Program-made: the position numbers and the translations under genes
Assembly (NCBI RefSeq): GCF_009834535.1
Contig: NC_045697.1
Span: 47,618,001-47,682,000 of the forward strand
Direction of reading: 5' to 3'
Origin: Camelus ferus
Taxonomy: Eukaryota
Length of the DNA stretch: 64,000 nt
Part shown: positions 1 through 14,149 of the stretch, piece after piece
Layout of the letters: every line of letters starts with the position of its first letter
Numbering within the stretch: position 1 is the stretch's first letter
Notes under the pieces: model-generated
What the model was told of the DNA's origin: nothing
The model's database searches: none
What the model saw: the letters and a program-made list of their open reading frames with translations, nothing else

Positions 1-299
1 AGAAACAGGTAATTCCAGATTCATTTAATCAAAGCTTTTAAAGAAAATAAAATAATTTTAACTTGGGATGAATAAATTGCTCTCTGTATTACATTTACTC
101 CTCCATAATGTATAAAACCTATTATAAATCTGACACAAATGGCACAAAACTCTTTTGTTTCCTAATGCAAGCTATTTGATTTTCATTTGCATAAATTAAA
201 AAATAAAGGAACAGATTTGATGATGACAATAGCCGCCTTTTGTTGTCCACATACTATGGGTCAGTCATATTTACATTTTCAAACATCTTTTCTAACTTC

Positions 300-440
300 A
301 TGTTAATGATTTAAAGTAGATAATATTATCCCCACTTTCCAGTTGATGAAACTGAGGCTCAAAGTGGTTAAATGACCTGCCCAAAGCCATATAAGCAGTA
401 AGTAATGGAGCTGAGATTCAAAATGAGCCTGTCTTGTACA
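300..440. mobile_element. MIR SINE (representative; others near 5290, 5670, 10510, 20090, 24830, 47890, 52340-52660, 56700-57320)
   Basis: MIR core attatccccactttccagttgatgaaactgaggctcaaagtggttaaatgacctgccc. Confidence 0.75.
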
Positions 441-1167
441 AACCTATAAAAAATTCAATTGCTTGATTCTTTAAGTTTCAAAGTCTAAGACCACACAGCA
501 ATCAGATACAGACTAAGCTGCACAGGTTTTTGTGTTTGTATTTTTATTTTTTCACATCTCTGTAAGCAGCAGATAACCCTGCCTTGATTGCCAGCTCACT
601 ATGGGCAAATACAGAGTCTTATCTTCTCATCCTCCAGACTGTGAGCAGTGGCAAAGAGAATGAATGGAGGAGCTGGAGAACGGAAACGAATGACAATAGG
701 AAGCAGAAATCTAAGCCTCCTAACGTACATGGAGGGCTTATAGGTGCCAGGCGCCATCCTAAACGATAGATGTGAATTTGCTCATTTAATCTGCACAGCA
801 GTGCTATATAGCAGATATTCTTGTCCCTGCTGTAGCCACAGGCCACTGCAGCACGGAGTTAAAGAATATGCTGTTTGAAGTGACAGAACCAAGATTGGAA
901 TCCTTGGCTCCCAAGTCTATGGTCTTGAGCACCCTGTCCCCATCCCTCTCACCTCTGGATCTGCTGCCTCTGGAAGGCAGCCCTTGCCAGGGAGCACACA
1001 CGGCTCCATCCTCAAACGTTTGTGAATATTGGGAGTTTTAAGCTGACAAACCAGACATTGATACACATATAAAAATGAAATAAATTCTACTTTTTGTCTA
1101 CTCAAAATCTAGTCTTGAGTTACTCATTTTAAACTAATCTTGCATGATGTGTGTTAGTGTAGTTGTT

Positions 1168-1170
<3 letters not shown>

Positions 1171-1210
<40 letters not shown>

Positions 1211-1469
1211 TTACTTTTTATTGAAATATGGTTGATTTACAGTGTTTTGGGTATAAAGCAAAGTGATTCAGTTATACATATACATATATTTTTTCAGATT
1301 CTTTTCTATTATAGCTTATTATATTTCATATATTTCCTTGTGCTATACAGGTCCTTGTTGTTTGTCTATTTTATATACAGTAGTGTATATCTATTAATCT
1401 CAAATTTCTAATTTATCCCTCCGTCCCTTTCCTCTTTGGTAACCATAAGTTGGTTTTCTATGTCTGTGA
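1171..1469 (-). mobile_element. 5'-truncated L1 3' end with (TTTA)n tail
   Basis: Typical cetartiodactyl L1 3'UTR. 18-bp target-site duplication (TSD) gttagtgt(a/g)gttgtttta at 1153-1170 and 1470-1487. Confidence 0.85.
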
Positions 1470-4400
1470 GTTAGTGTGGTTGTTTTAACTTTTCTTCTTA
1501 TGGGTTCTTATATCTATGATTTTCATGCACAGTTCAATAGTGCCACCAGAGTGAAACAGGGGTTCACTGAAAAGAGGGGCAAGACAGGCAAGGAAGAATG
1601 TTCTTGGGATGGGCAAGCTCAGTCTGGATCCAGATTAAGATATATAATACCAGGGCTTCTAAGAAGAGGTAGTGGAACTACCACTCTGGTAGAGAGAATA
1701 CAGCAAGTCCAGGACAAGTGGTACCCAAGAGCCATGCGGCAAGGGTGCAAGGTCATGTGGTACGGGGAGAAAGGCAAAGAGCACCCACACACAGGTCAAG
1801 CCTGACTGTCAGGCTGGGGCTGATTAAGAGACGGGCTGCTGATTCCTGGAAATGGCTCACAACAGGACAGGTGGCAAAAACCAAAGCAGAACCCCCAATC
1901 TTAGGACCTGACGTCCATGGGGTCAAGAAGGGACGTTAGACCAGATCTTCATGGTGGCAAAGGAAGCCTAGGGGATAAGGCAGAAGCCTGAGCACTAGGC
2001 CTGAAAGATGAGTTTGGGGCATGACGAGGGAGATTACTCCTTGGTCCTACCCGCTGTGGGAAAGAAGCAACTTACATACTCTTGTCTTCAGTTTACACCG
2101 GCATAAAAACTGGGTGGTACTGAGCCTTCAGGTAAAGCAATCAAGGCATCAAACTCTCAAGCTGGGGAAAGCAGAGGAAATGAAGCAGTGACTGTGGTGG
2201 GGCACATAATGTGATCTATATTTATAACACTACTCAGTTTAATCAAACACAAGAACATAACAATAATATTAATACATGCACACATATGTGCACCTTTGTA
2301 GGCATATCTGTGTGTGTGTGCATATATATAATATTCCATAAAACTCAAGGGAAAGGGGACAATGATAAAGGCCCCTAAAGATGAAGTTCTCTGGCAGGAC
2401 TTAGAGTCTCTTTTCACCCCTCTCTGGTTTACAAGCTCCCACTCTTATTGAAGAGTCGTGTGTCTATGTGCCACTTGGCTCTGCCCCTTATTTCTCACTC
2501 TGCCCTGTGTTCAACATAGTGAGCATGAATATTAATCAGGTAATTTCTGGTAATGAGTTTCCTCAGCACAGTGTTCACTTTCTTTTGGTTTTGATGGGTC
2601 ACTAAAGTGGCAAGTGATGCCAGTCATAACATAAGTGACCCTGCCAAAAGGAATCAACCCAGAAAAACCTGTTGTTACCAGAACATGACCGGCTTCATTT
2701 TGAAATGTTTAGCACTTTCTGGAAGAGTGCTGGCTGACTGACCGACTTCTAAGGTCAATGGCGAAAAGTTACCAAAAATGGCACAAGTTATGGATACTGC
2801 AAAAAATTCAAATAATGAGAAAGCTTATTTGGGCAGTCTTGGCATCAAAACAGTATATAAAAATTGATCACAAGTTTAGCTTTCATTTTTAAGATCATTC
2901 TCTCTCTTTCTTCTCCCTCCTCTTGCTCTCTTCTTCCTTCTCATTTTGCTCTCTTCTTTCTTCTCATTTTATGCATAAAAATGCAATCAGGCTGAACTAA
3001 AGCAAATTGGTTTAATTCCCTGGAGGGAGCATGAACAAATTTTCCAGCAACTTTCTGCGAAGGCATTTGTGTACGGGTATGTGGATGGAATGTGGAAGCA
3101 GTCAGCTACATACATACGCCAGTAATCAAATGAAACATTACTCATTTCAAAGTGCCCTGAAACGGCATTAACATTATCAGTTAAAACACTGGGCTTGGGA
3201 AAAAGATATGTGCCCCACTGCGCCCCACCCAAAAAAGAGAAAGAAAGAAAAAAGTAAACCTGTAGGTGGGACGTGGGGCAGGGGGTGGAGGTGGAATGGA
3301 GGGAAGAGTCAAATCTAGGGGGAATTAATTCCCTTTCAAAGGCAAACCTGTCGCAGGAGTGCTAGCAGGAGGTCTCTTTGATGGGATAGAAGAAGGGAGT
3401 AAAGAGTACATTCAATAATTTCATCAAATTGAAATTTCAGCAGTTTACCTAAATTGCCAATCCATTAGACACTTATAAAAGCGTTTGTATGTGCCCACTT
3501 TGAGCCTGTCCTAAAATAACAGGTAAACAGAACATGATAAGTAATACACATTAAGAGTTCTTTTCTCTTTCAGGGCTGAGACTTCTGTTGAAACACTGGT
3601 CCTTCAAGGATCACCAAGGGGTAGTACATTCCTTTATTCCTCAAACACTTGTTCAACAAATGCTGAACTAATCGGAACCCTTCGTGCGTCCCTTGATGTC
3701 GGGGATACAGAAATACAGAAGAATTCTTACACATCTCAAGGAGCCCCCAAGCCGGACTGAGAAGCTAGCATGCTTCCATTTCTGTAATGTGACTGGCTCC
3801 AGGCCCCACTCTGCTCACATCTGCATGATGTGCACAGTACCAGTGTTTCCTCCCATGATGCTTTCCACAATCCCGTGGACTCCCCTTATGACCATGACCT
3901 GGAGTGGAAGCAGCCATCAGCCTCCCCCACAGAGGACCTTCACCTGGCCTTGAAGCTCAGTCAGCCTGCAAGCCTGTGAATACCATGCACTGTGCTTTTA
4001 ACATTTTCCCTCCAAGTGATTTTCCTGAAAATCTAACCAAGGGCATGAAAGAGAGGATCATATCAGCTGAGCCTCAGACTGGCCCACCTCCCGCTGCTCA
4101 GATGCAGAGCCTAGATACCACGGTTCCCTGGTATGACGTCCAAGACCCTCCCTCTGGCCCATCTGCCTCTTCAGGTTTACCTGACACTGCACATCCTGCC
4201 TTAGGTTCTGGGCACATCTGACTCCCGGTCTCTCCCCAAAGACAAACTTAGGATTCTGCCTCTTGTCTTTGCTTTCACCATCACCTCCTTCCCCTATTTC
4301 TGCATTTAAAAAATTCTTTATACATTTACTTTTTTACTTTATACCCATGAGTATAATCACTATTGAAAAAAATGGTCAAGTATAAACAAACAAATTATAT

Positions 4401-5009
4401 TATGAGCATTCCTACTTTCAGAGAAGTTATGATATTAAGAATTTCAACTAGGTCTTAATTAGCAATATAAAATTAAAAGTATAAAAAAAAGCAGACATAC
4501 ATAGCCACTAAAGTAACAGACACTAGTATGTGTGCTAAGTACACAGATGCTCAAGTGGAACAAACTTAAATGCCCGCTTTTGTTTTGTTTGTCCAAGTTT
4601 GTTATTATGATGTCACTTTCTTATTTCTGCTTCCCCCTCTCTCTTTAGGTGACAATAAAGTTTTAAAATATAAGATGTATTTTCCCCTTTGTTTTCAAGT
4701 AAACCCTGTGTACTTACAGGACGAAGCAATCTAACTTACAACATAACGGCAATTGGAACCAAAAGTATGATGTTAATTAGTGTCCCAGTGCCCCCAGACA
4801 TGTGCAAAAGGACTTCCAGAAATCGTATCACACACACGTCACTAAAGCTCCAATAAAATTATAAAAACAATGTGTGTCAGCTCTCTCACCCACTGTTCTC
4901 AAGCCATCTGGAGTGTCATTCAGAATCTCTTCTCCTACTTACAGCTGCGGGTGGCCCGGGATAACCGGGAAGAGGGAGTGGCTTTCTCGGGGACCGGGTA
5001 GGTGATTAC

Positions 5010-5144
5010 CTGCACAGGAGTGGCGGTCTTGGTAGAAGCCGTTCCCACAGGAGGACACACACTGGCCGTCCTGCATCAGCAGGGGAGGCTGGCAGGACGA
5101 GCACTCCAGGCCACTGGTGCATGTGGAGCACTGGGGCTGGCAGG
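5010..5144 (-). CDS. FRAS1: FRAS1 coding exon (exon 14 equivalent), furin-like repeat 2
   Basis: 135 nt, TAG acceptor and GTAATC donor. (A)CQPQCSTCTSGLECSSCQPPLLMQDGQCVSSCGNGFYQDRHSCA. Phase 1/1. Confidence 0.96.
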
Positions 5145-6444
5145 CTAGCTCCAGACAAGATTGGGAGAAAGAGAAAGGGAACCTCTGATTAGCTCACTGG
5201 CATCACCCCGATGCCGATTCCCACACAGCCCAATTCTGAGGCTCTGAGACACAGGGAAGAAGAAAGCCTGGAAAATAATGTTACCACCGTCATTTATGTA
5301 GCACATATTTCACACCAGGCACTGTGCAAAGTGCTTTACGTGTATGGATGCGTTTCATCTTCACAACTCCATGAGGCAGACAGTATTAACCCCCATGTTA
5401 CAGATGAGGAACAAGCTGACAGAGGCTAAGTAACCTGCCCAAGGTTAAGGTCCCATGAAGCTGGCACTTGCAGCCAGGCAGTTAGGCTCAAAGGTCTGTG
5501 CTCTTCTCTTCTTATCCAATGCCCCCAATATCCTTCTCATTCAACCATTTTACAAGAGTATCCCTTATGGCAAAGACATAAATAACTTCCCAAAAGGCTG
5601 AAGATTATGAATCAGGAGAGAAAGTAGGGAGAAGTGAATAATCACAAAAATAATAAAAAGCAGTTGACCTTTATTGAGGCCTGACTATATCCTTGATGCT
5701 ATTCTAGGCACTTTACATGTATTGACACATGTAATCCTCATGAGACCCTCCTTGTACCACAAGGTACATGTATTACCCCACTTCACAGGTAAGAATACTG
5801 AGGCACTGAGAAGTTAACTACTCACAGCCAGGGTATGAACTTACACACTGTTAAATGGTTAATTAACCCCAAGAGTCTGAGATAGGAGGAAAAGCAACTA
5901 TGATTTGGCCTCAACCAAGCCAAATTCTCCCAGCTAAGAGCTCCTTCTCAGAAGTACTATAGGATCCTGCGGTAACCCAAAAAAGATAAGCTCTGTTACC
6001 AATTATCTATGTGATATTAAGCAAGCCAGCTAGTCCTCTGGCCCACAGGTTCCTCATTTGCAAAATGAGAAAGTTCTAGTAAGTGATCTCGAAGGTCCAT
6101 GTCAACTCTGAAGCTCTACCTTGGATTAACTGAGTGTTTTTATGAATGACACCAGGCATCCTGATGGCATTACTACCCTTTAAAGTTTTTGAAAATAAAA
6201 AATCGAGCCATGAATACCTAGCAGCATCTGACCACCCAATCATCTATCTCCCAGTCATCTAAGTGTGGAAACACCTGCAAAATGTCAGAAGAAAGAGACC
6301 TGCAAGTAAAGAGGTCGAGGAGCCTAAAGATGATGTTACCACCTTCTGTTGGTTTTTGGAAATTGTGCATTTCCTGCATCATGACCCCCTCCTGTACAAC
6401 AGTGAGCCTCTGTCCCTCTCTGGGCTGTCTGCATGGAGCCATAC

Positions 6445-6588
6445 CTAAACAGAGGGCACCGGCTTGATAAAATCCCAGGCCACAGCTGTGCACACACCGT
6501 CCGTTCCGCAACAACTTTGTGGGGTCCTGACACAGGTCACAGTGGTCCGGAGACTGAGAGCAGGTCAAGCAGTCTGGGTGGCAATGAA
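6445..6588 (-). CDS. FRAS1: FRAS1 coding exon (exon 13 equivalent), furin-like repeat 1
   Basis: 144 nt, TAG acceptor and GTATGG donor. (V)HCHPDCLTCSQSPDHCDLCQDPTKLLRNGRCVHSCGLGFYQAGALCL. Phase 1/1. Confidence 0.96.
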
Positions 6589-8025
6589 CTACGATCAAGG
6601 ACAAAGAGGAGAACTCAGTGGAGAACATGAAATTTCTCTCACATCTTGTGACAAAGGATCTACAGGGTATATGGACCTATACAGTATGGAGAATAGAAAA
6701 CTCTGGAACTTGGGTATGAAAAAGGACCCCAAATAGCAAAACTGATTTCAATGCAAAATTTCAAGGAACCATTCCTTGTCTAAAATGCTATCACTGTCTC
6801 CTCTACCCCAAATTGAAGACTCTAAAATCATTACCAAACCTTCCCCGTTAATGTCTCTACTTCTAGAAACAGGAATGACTAGCTCCATAAAGATGATTAA
6901 AGCAGAATCAATAATTTATCATTTCTTAGATGTTCTTCTTAAGCTTTGGTGTGAATAAAAAGACATAAAACCTACAATGTTTAAGAATAGTTATTATTTT
7001 CCAAAAATATTTGTGTATATATATATATATATGGCCAGTTTTCTTCTTTTTCTCCAAAATTTCAAATCTCATTCCCAGTAATTGGGATCATCCCTGAACT
7101 TCGTAGTAATTGTCAGCAAAGGACTTCTTTCAGGTTTCAAAGTTGTCAAGGACCTGATTTTCAAGGAATGGTATGTTATAATATGCCAAATGTTCGTTTT
7201 GGAAAGCCCAGAGAGACACTTTGGTGAAGATAATGTAATGAAACCAGAGCATTGCTATGCTTTTCCCATGATAAACTCTTCCCAGAAACACTGATTAGCC
7301 AAAATAAGGTGAGTGCGGTAAGAGCAACTGCCAGTGTGAAAAGGTGCAACCCACAGATGACAACAATTAATTATGAAGTATGAACGAAAGGAAATGCCAC
7401 TTCTCCAAGAGAGAATGAGCTTATAGGCAAATTACTGCTCAGCCAGAGCAACTCCAGCACTTGCCAACAATTATTAACTGGAACTAATTCAACCCCAGGT
7501 GATTTGAAAGCAGAGTTGCAGAACAAGTAGATAAAATTTTCTTTTGGAAGAAATTAATGAGTCTTTCAACTTCAAAAACCCATTTGAGCACTCCAAAAGG
7601 AACCATCTGTTTAACAGTTCACCTTAAAAAAATGAATATCCATAACACACTTTCAGCAATTCTTAAATCTTCAACAGTGGAAGAGTCGTAACACATATAT
7701 TTGCCTTTACAAGTTTTCAAACATTCAGTTATTTGATTTTCACAATAATTTTGCAAGGTAGCTAAGGCACGTTTTATAAACAAGAACATAAGATTCAGAG
7801 AGGGTCAAGGACTTGTGCAAGGTCATATACTCATAATCAGTTGAATTTGGCAAACACATGGACAAAGATTAATTAGCATCATTTGTTAGAAAAATTAAGA
7901 AGAAACAAACGAACAAACTCAGTGGGTTATTCAAAGAAAAAGCAGCAAGGGGTTGGAGGAGAGATCTCTCTGAATTTTTTGGCAGTAGAATTATCTCAGC
8001 AGAAATAAACCGGACATGGACCCAC

Positions 8026-8173
8026 CTGATGTGCACTCTGGACAGCACTGTCCCTTTGCCATCTGGGCTAGTGTGGCTACCGGACATGGAGGACAAGAGG
8101 GCTTGTAGCAAGTCACCTGAGTCCCCCGGCACTCACACACCTTGCAAGGGCCATCCTCCCATGTTGCCCCCTC
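8026..8173 (-). CDS. FRAS1: FRAS1 coding exon (exon 12 equivalent), VWC repeat 6
   Basis: 148 nt, TAG acceptor and GTGGGT donor. EGATWEDGPCKVCECRGTQVTCYKPSCPPCPVATLAQMAKGQCCPECTS. Phase 0/1. Confidence 0.96.
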
Positions 8174-9880
8174 CTACAGGACACAGTAAAGAATGATGTT
8201 GTTATCAGGGTGCAGAGATTCAGAAGTCAGTTTGCTGGTGGAGAACGTATAATTTCCATAAGAGACAAAGTGAAGGCTCGTGATCAGTACCATGGCAAAC
8301 CCAGCTCTGAAATAGGACAGCAGTAGAAGAGTCCTAAGTTTAAAGGATAGCACTTCTCCTTTGTTTATAATTGGTTTATTCTGATGTAGAACCTAGGCAG
8401 AAAGGTAAAGCGCGAAAGCATTGTGGGGCTTCCAGAACAAGCAAGAAGCATCTAACACTTGATTCTCAACATATCTCACAAAACAACAACAACAACAACA
8501 ACAACAAAACATCCAGAGGGGACTACTATGTACCTAGTGATTAGCAGGTACATTAAATACAATCTTTATATCAGTAGGAAACTGTTTAAAACTCTGAATT
8601 TCCTTATCGTTACTACAGTAAGAATAATACTAGGTCGTCGTGTTCTTAGAATGACAGCTCTCGCGTGTCCACTTTTTGTGGGCTGTGGATGTGCCATGGG
8701 CTTTCTTCCACTCAGTATTCTTCTCGGCCAAGCAAATTAGGGTAATAAACATTGGTACTCTGACAGAGAGTCCAAAGTGAATTATAAAGAGCAGTTTCTT
8801 TTTGCTCGCTGTCCTACTCACCCTGGAAAAAGAGAGAAAAAGGTTCCTACCAGAACGTTTGGGGAGATAAAGGAGGTAAAACCAAAGAGAATAAAAGAGC
8901 ATATTTTAAAATAAAGCTTTGGTAAAATGCTTATGAAACCCACTGATGTTAAGTATTCCAAACAATTAATGTGACAATATTCAGCAACAGTGAATGACAA
9001 TGTTAGGAAAATGAGAACTATTATCTTGGGGAGGTAGAAGTGCTTTCCTCCCATTTCAAAACAAACTGGGTTCCTGACCCCCTTATTCTATAACCTCCAA
9101 AACTGTAAGCTTGCTCGTGTGAACAAACATGCTTGCACTTTTCCTTAAAAAGAAACTACACATCGTAGTCCCGCAAACAATGTACACAGAACGAACACCC
9201 CCCAGACCAAAGAAGCTATCTCTCTAACACTTGGCGGTACTGAAAATTGGGCTGACAGTTAAACTGAGTTTTCTAAGCCAAAAAAAATCAGGAGAAAATC
9301 ATCACAAAAAAGAGAAAGGTTCTGTATAGGGGCTTATAGCTGGGGAAGTATTCATTATGAATTGTCGGGATGGGGGAAAGCTAAAGAAAGGAGGAAAAGT
9401 TCAGTGAGTCGAAGTTTTGGTTTCATTACGATTTTTTTTTTAAGTCAACCCATTTATTGGAGATTGGTAGATCGTTTTTGGGAGGCCTTGCTTGAGGGAA
9501 ATCAAACACAAGCTAGATATCTGTAGATACTGAGGCAGAGAGCTACAGGGCATTAGAAGTGCAGTTTTGTGTCTTCTGGGTTTGCCTCATGTGATCGAAA
9601 CTAACCAGAGACTATGACAATTACATTTTCTTTTTTTCAGTTTTTAAAATTTTTTAAAAAATCGAAGTATAGTTGATTTACAATGTTGTGTTAGCTCCTG
9701 GTGTACAGCACAGTGACTCAGTTACATGTATCACTGCGATTTTTAATCCCAGACCACAGTGCCATCAAATATGACTGTTAAAAATATAAAGGCATTAAGG
9801 TTCCCCAGGACAGTTTACACAAATCATTGCTTAAAACAATTTTATACATGTTGATGTACAAGCTAAACATCTATACTTAC

Positions 9881-9916
9881 TGGAATACGTTTAACTTTAC
9901 TTGCATTTGAGGACAT
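9881..9916 (-). CDS. FRAS1: FRAS1 36-nt coding exon (exon 11 equivalent)
   Basis: TAG acceptor after a pyrimidine tract, GTAAGT donor. MSSNASKVKRIP, versus recalled human MSSNASEVKRIP. Phase 0/0. Confidence 0.93.
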
Positions 9917-10464
9917 CTAGGAATGAGAGAAATGTATTTATTAGACCACTAAAAACACCATTAGGCTGATCTATTCATTTTTTTCATTAGGAAATACCCA
10001 TTTTTTTTTCTCCCAAGTAACATGCAACTTCATTCACTGGTTATGAATAGAAACAAAATTTATCTATATCAAAAATAAGAAAGCATACCAATATGAGGTG
10101 AAGACAAGATGCCTAGGAAATATTTTTGGATTCTTATTCTCACTTTGTGTGGGAGTACATGGCTTCAATTCCCCTCAATAGGAAGGACTTCACAGTCAAG
10201 GACACAGGCTTGTAAGAGCAAATTCTTGACACTGATGTGGTACTACTGGAGCACTGTGGGGACTTGTACTTATTTAAAACAACTTGCTTTTTAAAGAATT
10301 CCACTGGGCCTAATTTATCTTCAAAAATGGATAGGCAAATTAATACTATGACTGAGAAAACACAAATTCAATTTTTATAGGGAAATTTAATCTCCTACAC
10401 TCTTAGGACATAAGGATGACTAAATTGTGAAACACCAGTATGAAACAAACAATGCCAACAGCAT

Positions 10465-10465
10465 G

Positions 10466-10503
<38 letters not shown>
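10465..10503. repeat. (CAT)n microsatellite
   Basis: Perfect trinucleotide run. Confidence 0.95.
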
Positions 10504-10506
<3 letters not shown>

Positions 10507-11029
10507 ACATTTTTAAGCTTTTTTATGTGCCAGGTTCTGTTCTAAGTTCTTTATACATATCATCTCAATAGACACCTGAGGTAAGTACTATTTTTATCTC
10601 TACTTTACAACTGAGGATTAAGTAACTTGCCCAAGGTCACAGTCAGTATGTGGCAAAGTAGGGGGTTTGAACTTAGAGCCTGCATGTTAACCCTGCACAA
10701 TTCTACCTTCCCAGTTTATTCAAGACACTGGCAGGTTGACAGATGCGATTTAACCAAATCACAAAGAAAAAGTGTGTAGGAATCAGTTCACAAGTCAAAG
10801 TATGTAATCCTAATTCTTATGATCCCATTCTGATTGGTCAAAGGAGCAGCTGTACTTATGATGTACTTAAAAGTATGCCGCACAATCATCCACATTCCAG
10901 GAACCCCATGTGGAAAATAAGGGCTATATAAATAGAGCAAATTTGAAGAGGTTAAGATAAATATGTTTCCCTTGGGATATATAATAAAAAAAAAAGTACA
11001 GATTTAGGGAGAAATAAACCTTTGCTAAT

Positions 11030-11755
11030 AAGAGTTTTGCTCTACATCCAATCCATCAAAATCCTTTCAGTTCTACCTGCAAAATAAATCTAGAGCCCGA
11101 TTGCTTTATATCATCTGCTCTGGAGACCAAGCTACTCCCCCTCTCCTCTGGACTGTTGCAAAAACCTGACTGTCTACTCCCAGGCTCGCCCCGTCCCATG
11201 ACTGGCTCAACCTGGCAGCCAAGGTGATCTTTCACAAGTAAGCCCCATCGCAGAACTGCTCTGCTCAAAACTCCCCAGCAGCTCCCATCTGCAACAGGGT
11301 AGAACCAGGGACCAAGCTACCTCCTGGACGTCATTTCAACTCCTTTCCCCATCCTTTGCTTCGTTCCACCCAGACTACTTTCTTGCTGTTTCTCGGACGT
11401 GCCAAGCACACTTCTGCTTCACTGCTTTTTTGTCTGGTGATCCCTCTTCCTGCTATGTTTCCCCCCAGATATCCCCGGCTTGCTCCCTCACTTCCTTCAT
11501 GTTTTGCTCTAATTTCTCTCCATAAGACTTCCCCAGTCATCCGATGGAAAAGAGCACTTCGCTCCCCTCAGTTACCCGCTGGCTGCTTTATTCTCGAGGC
11601 AGTACCCGTCACCACCTGACATGTATTTGTTGTCAGTGTTCCCATGCTAGGACGGAAGCTCACTAAGAGCAGAGACTCTGCTGCTGTGTTCATTTCTGTA
11701 TCTCTAGTACCCGGCACATAGTAGGTGTGCAATCACGTTTGTTGAACAAATGAAT
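11030..11755 (+). mobile_element. L2 3' fragment
   Basis: Pyrimidine-rich L2 3' region ending ggcacatagtaggtgtgcaatcacgtttgttgaacaaatgaatg. Confidence 0.7.
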
Positions 11756-11847
11756 GGATAAGAGAAAGGAGAAAGTAATGCCCCCTTGTTAAATTAATTT
11801 TGAATGATTAATTTTCAATAGGCTTTGGTTATTAGCCCGATACTCAC

Positions 11848-11937
11848 AAATTCTGCATTATCTTCAGATACACAATAACTACTCCTCGAAATGCATTCAG
11901 GACAGCATTTTCCATCTAAGTGAATTAATTCTTCACC
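11848..11937 (-). CDS. FRAS1: FRAS1 coding exon (exon 10 equivalent)
   Basis: 90 nt, CAG acceptor and GTGAGT donor. GEELIHLDGKCCPECISRSSYCVSEDNAEF. Phase 0/0. Confidence 0.95.
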
Positions 11938-14149
11938 CTGTAGAAGAAAGGGTTGCGGAGGCACATATCAAATTAACATCTCCAGGTAGCAATGCTAAAT
12001 TGCAAAGCAGCTAAATTCCCTGACTAGAATGAAAAACCTCAAAACAGCCCTCTGCTTTGGCCCACGACTTAGTCCATCTCGCCTGCGCCATCTTCCTATG
12101 GAAAGCCTACTCAGTACAGCTCATCCCTTCCTCCAAGTTCTTTTCAGTTCTGGTGATACTTGGGCGTAATTTCCTACCCACGACCAGGAACTCACACAAA
12201 GAAGAAGAATGGCCAAGATTAATGTTACAGTCTTGGAAAGTTACCAGTTTCAGAAAAGGATCAGGCTACCCTAAATATACAAGGTTTGAACTTGTGATTT
12301 CATTTCATTAACAGTGCTCAAATCAAATCAACATTTTTCCTTGAATACAAAATCAGACACATCCTTTTATGCACAGATGAAGTCTCAGGCATAAATTAAA
12401 GAGCAGAAAACTAATTTCTTTTCTGAAGCTGTTATCCAACTCGCATAATCACTATTTTAAAAATTATAAGAGGAAGGAAAGAAATGCCACAGGAGGAAGG
12501 TAGACATTTAACTTCCAAAGTCTTATTATTTTAACTGCCCAGCATCAATCATTTCAAATTTTGATTTATTAAAAAATAATAAATGTGTACTATAACAAAT
12601 TAAATAATTTTGAATTCTGTAACTCAGAAAACATAATTCCACTGCAGTCCTACATCCCAGGAACTCTGCTGTTAAAAATACAACCTCTATTTAGAATTTT
12701 TCGCATGCATTTACTACCATCTAGTATCTACAGGCTAAAGAGTATTCTTTGTAGCACTTTCCACTTTCTAAAGATATAATCTACTTTCTAAAAAATGGTG
12801 GTTTTCTTTGCATGAAGACATTATTTAATTTGCGATCTGTATTACATTTGAAGTGCAAAAACCATGTTGGGTAAAAACTGAATAATGTAAAATTGCATAA
12901 ACAGAAAAATCAGATGATGTTTTATGTTTAAAAATGCTGTTCATTAAAGAAAAATATAAAATAAAAGCATTGGTTGTCTTTAAATTGTAGCATTATGGGT
13001 AAATTTTAAAGTCTCTTTTCTGCCTCTCTTGCGTCTTCAATTTTCTAGAATGAATGTGTATTATTTTAACGAAGGAAAAGACAACTTTTAAAAGAAACAC
13101 AAGTATATGAATGATCATGACTTTTTATAGTATCTGAAAAGTAATTTAAAAAAGGAGGGAGTTAAATAGATTACTGTCCTTCAAAACTTCATGCCAATCA
13201 GAGGCCAAAAGAGAGAGCAAAGAGTGCTTTAGGGAGCAGACGTTATTTACATATAAATTGTTTTGCCTAAACGTGACAAATCAGCTGGTGGTGAAGGCAT
13301 AACACAGAAACAGTGAAATTTGCTCTCTAAGCATATAAAGGGGTTTATAAACCTGTTATCTAAGTCACTTAAAACAATGTTTTGAAACGAGACAGAGTAT
13401 GTGTACTTCTATTAAAGACGAAATGCATGAGAGATTCTTGAGTGCCTGCTCCAGTACACACAGACAGGACTGAAAACGGAGCCTGCATCACCCCGATAAG
13501 GCAAAGAAGGTGGCTTTTCGGTGTCTTCAAACGCAGCTGTAAATAACAGCAAGCCCTGCTCCTGGGGAAGGAGTTTTGGTGAGATAGGAAGTTATAAACA
13601 GATCTGCTATTTATAGACGTCTGGGTGCCCCAAACTGCGACAGTTCACTGCGGTAGGGAGCCTGCTCCAATTAGCATTTGCCTTTTGCTTTGAGAAAAAC
13701 TACTCTGTGAAACAAAAGTAACCCTTTTCTTTCTAAGAGGATTCTGCTTCATAGGCCAGGTGGACTCTGCTAACCCCTCCCCACTGAATCACACCAACAG
13801 CCACCCACCAGACCAAAGACTGTATTAATCCACTCACCTGTCCACTGGAAAAGGAAAGGCTCTTGAGGGACTCTCCCTCCACTGGAGAAGGGAAGGGCAT
13901 CTCACACTGATGGCACGACTACCCTCTTCCGTGCATTTGCTACAAGCTTTGACTCCCCCCCACATTTAATCCCTCATATATGAGTGCAAGTTTCTTTTAA
14001 AAAAAAGATAAATTGACTTCATGTGAATTCATGCTCAAAGATAATACTAAATACAGAATCATAGAAATCACCAGATTATGCTATGATTTATTTATGATTT
14101 ATTTATGTTTCAATGTCTAGGGACTTGGTTTTATACATCAAAGACAAGG

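Noticed and set aside
1..5009. FRAS1 exon 15
   Set aside because: I found no CHESC-type furin-repeat coding sequence on the minus strand, so it probably lies outside the window.
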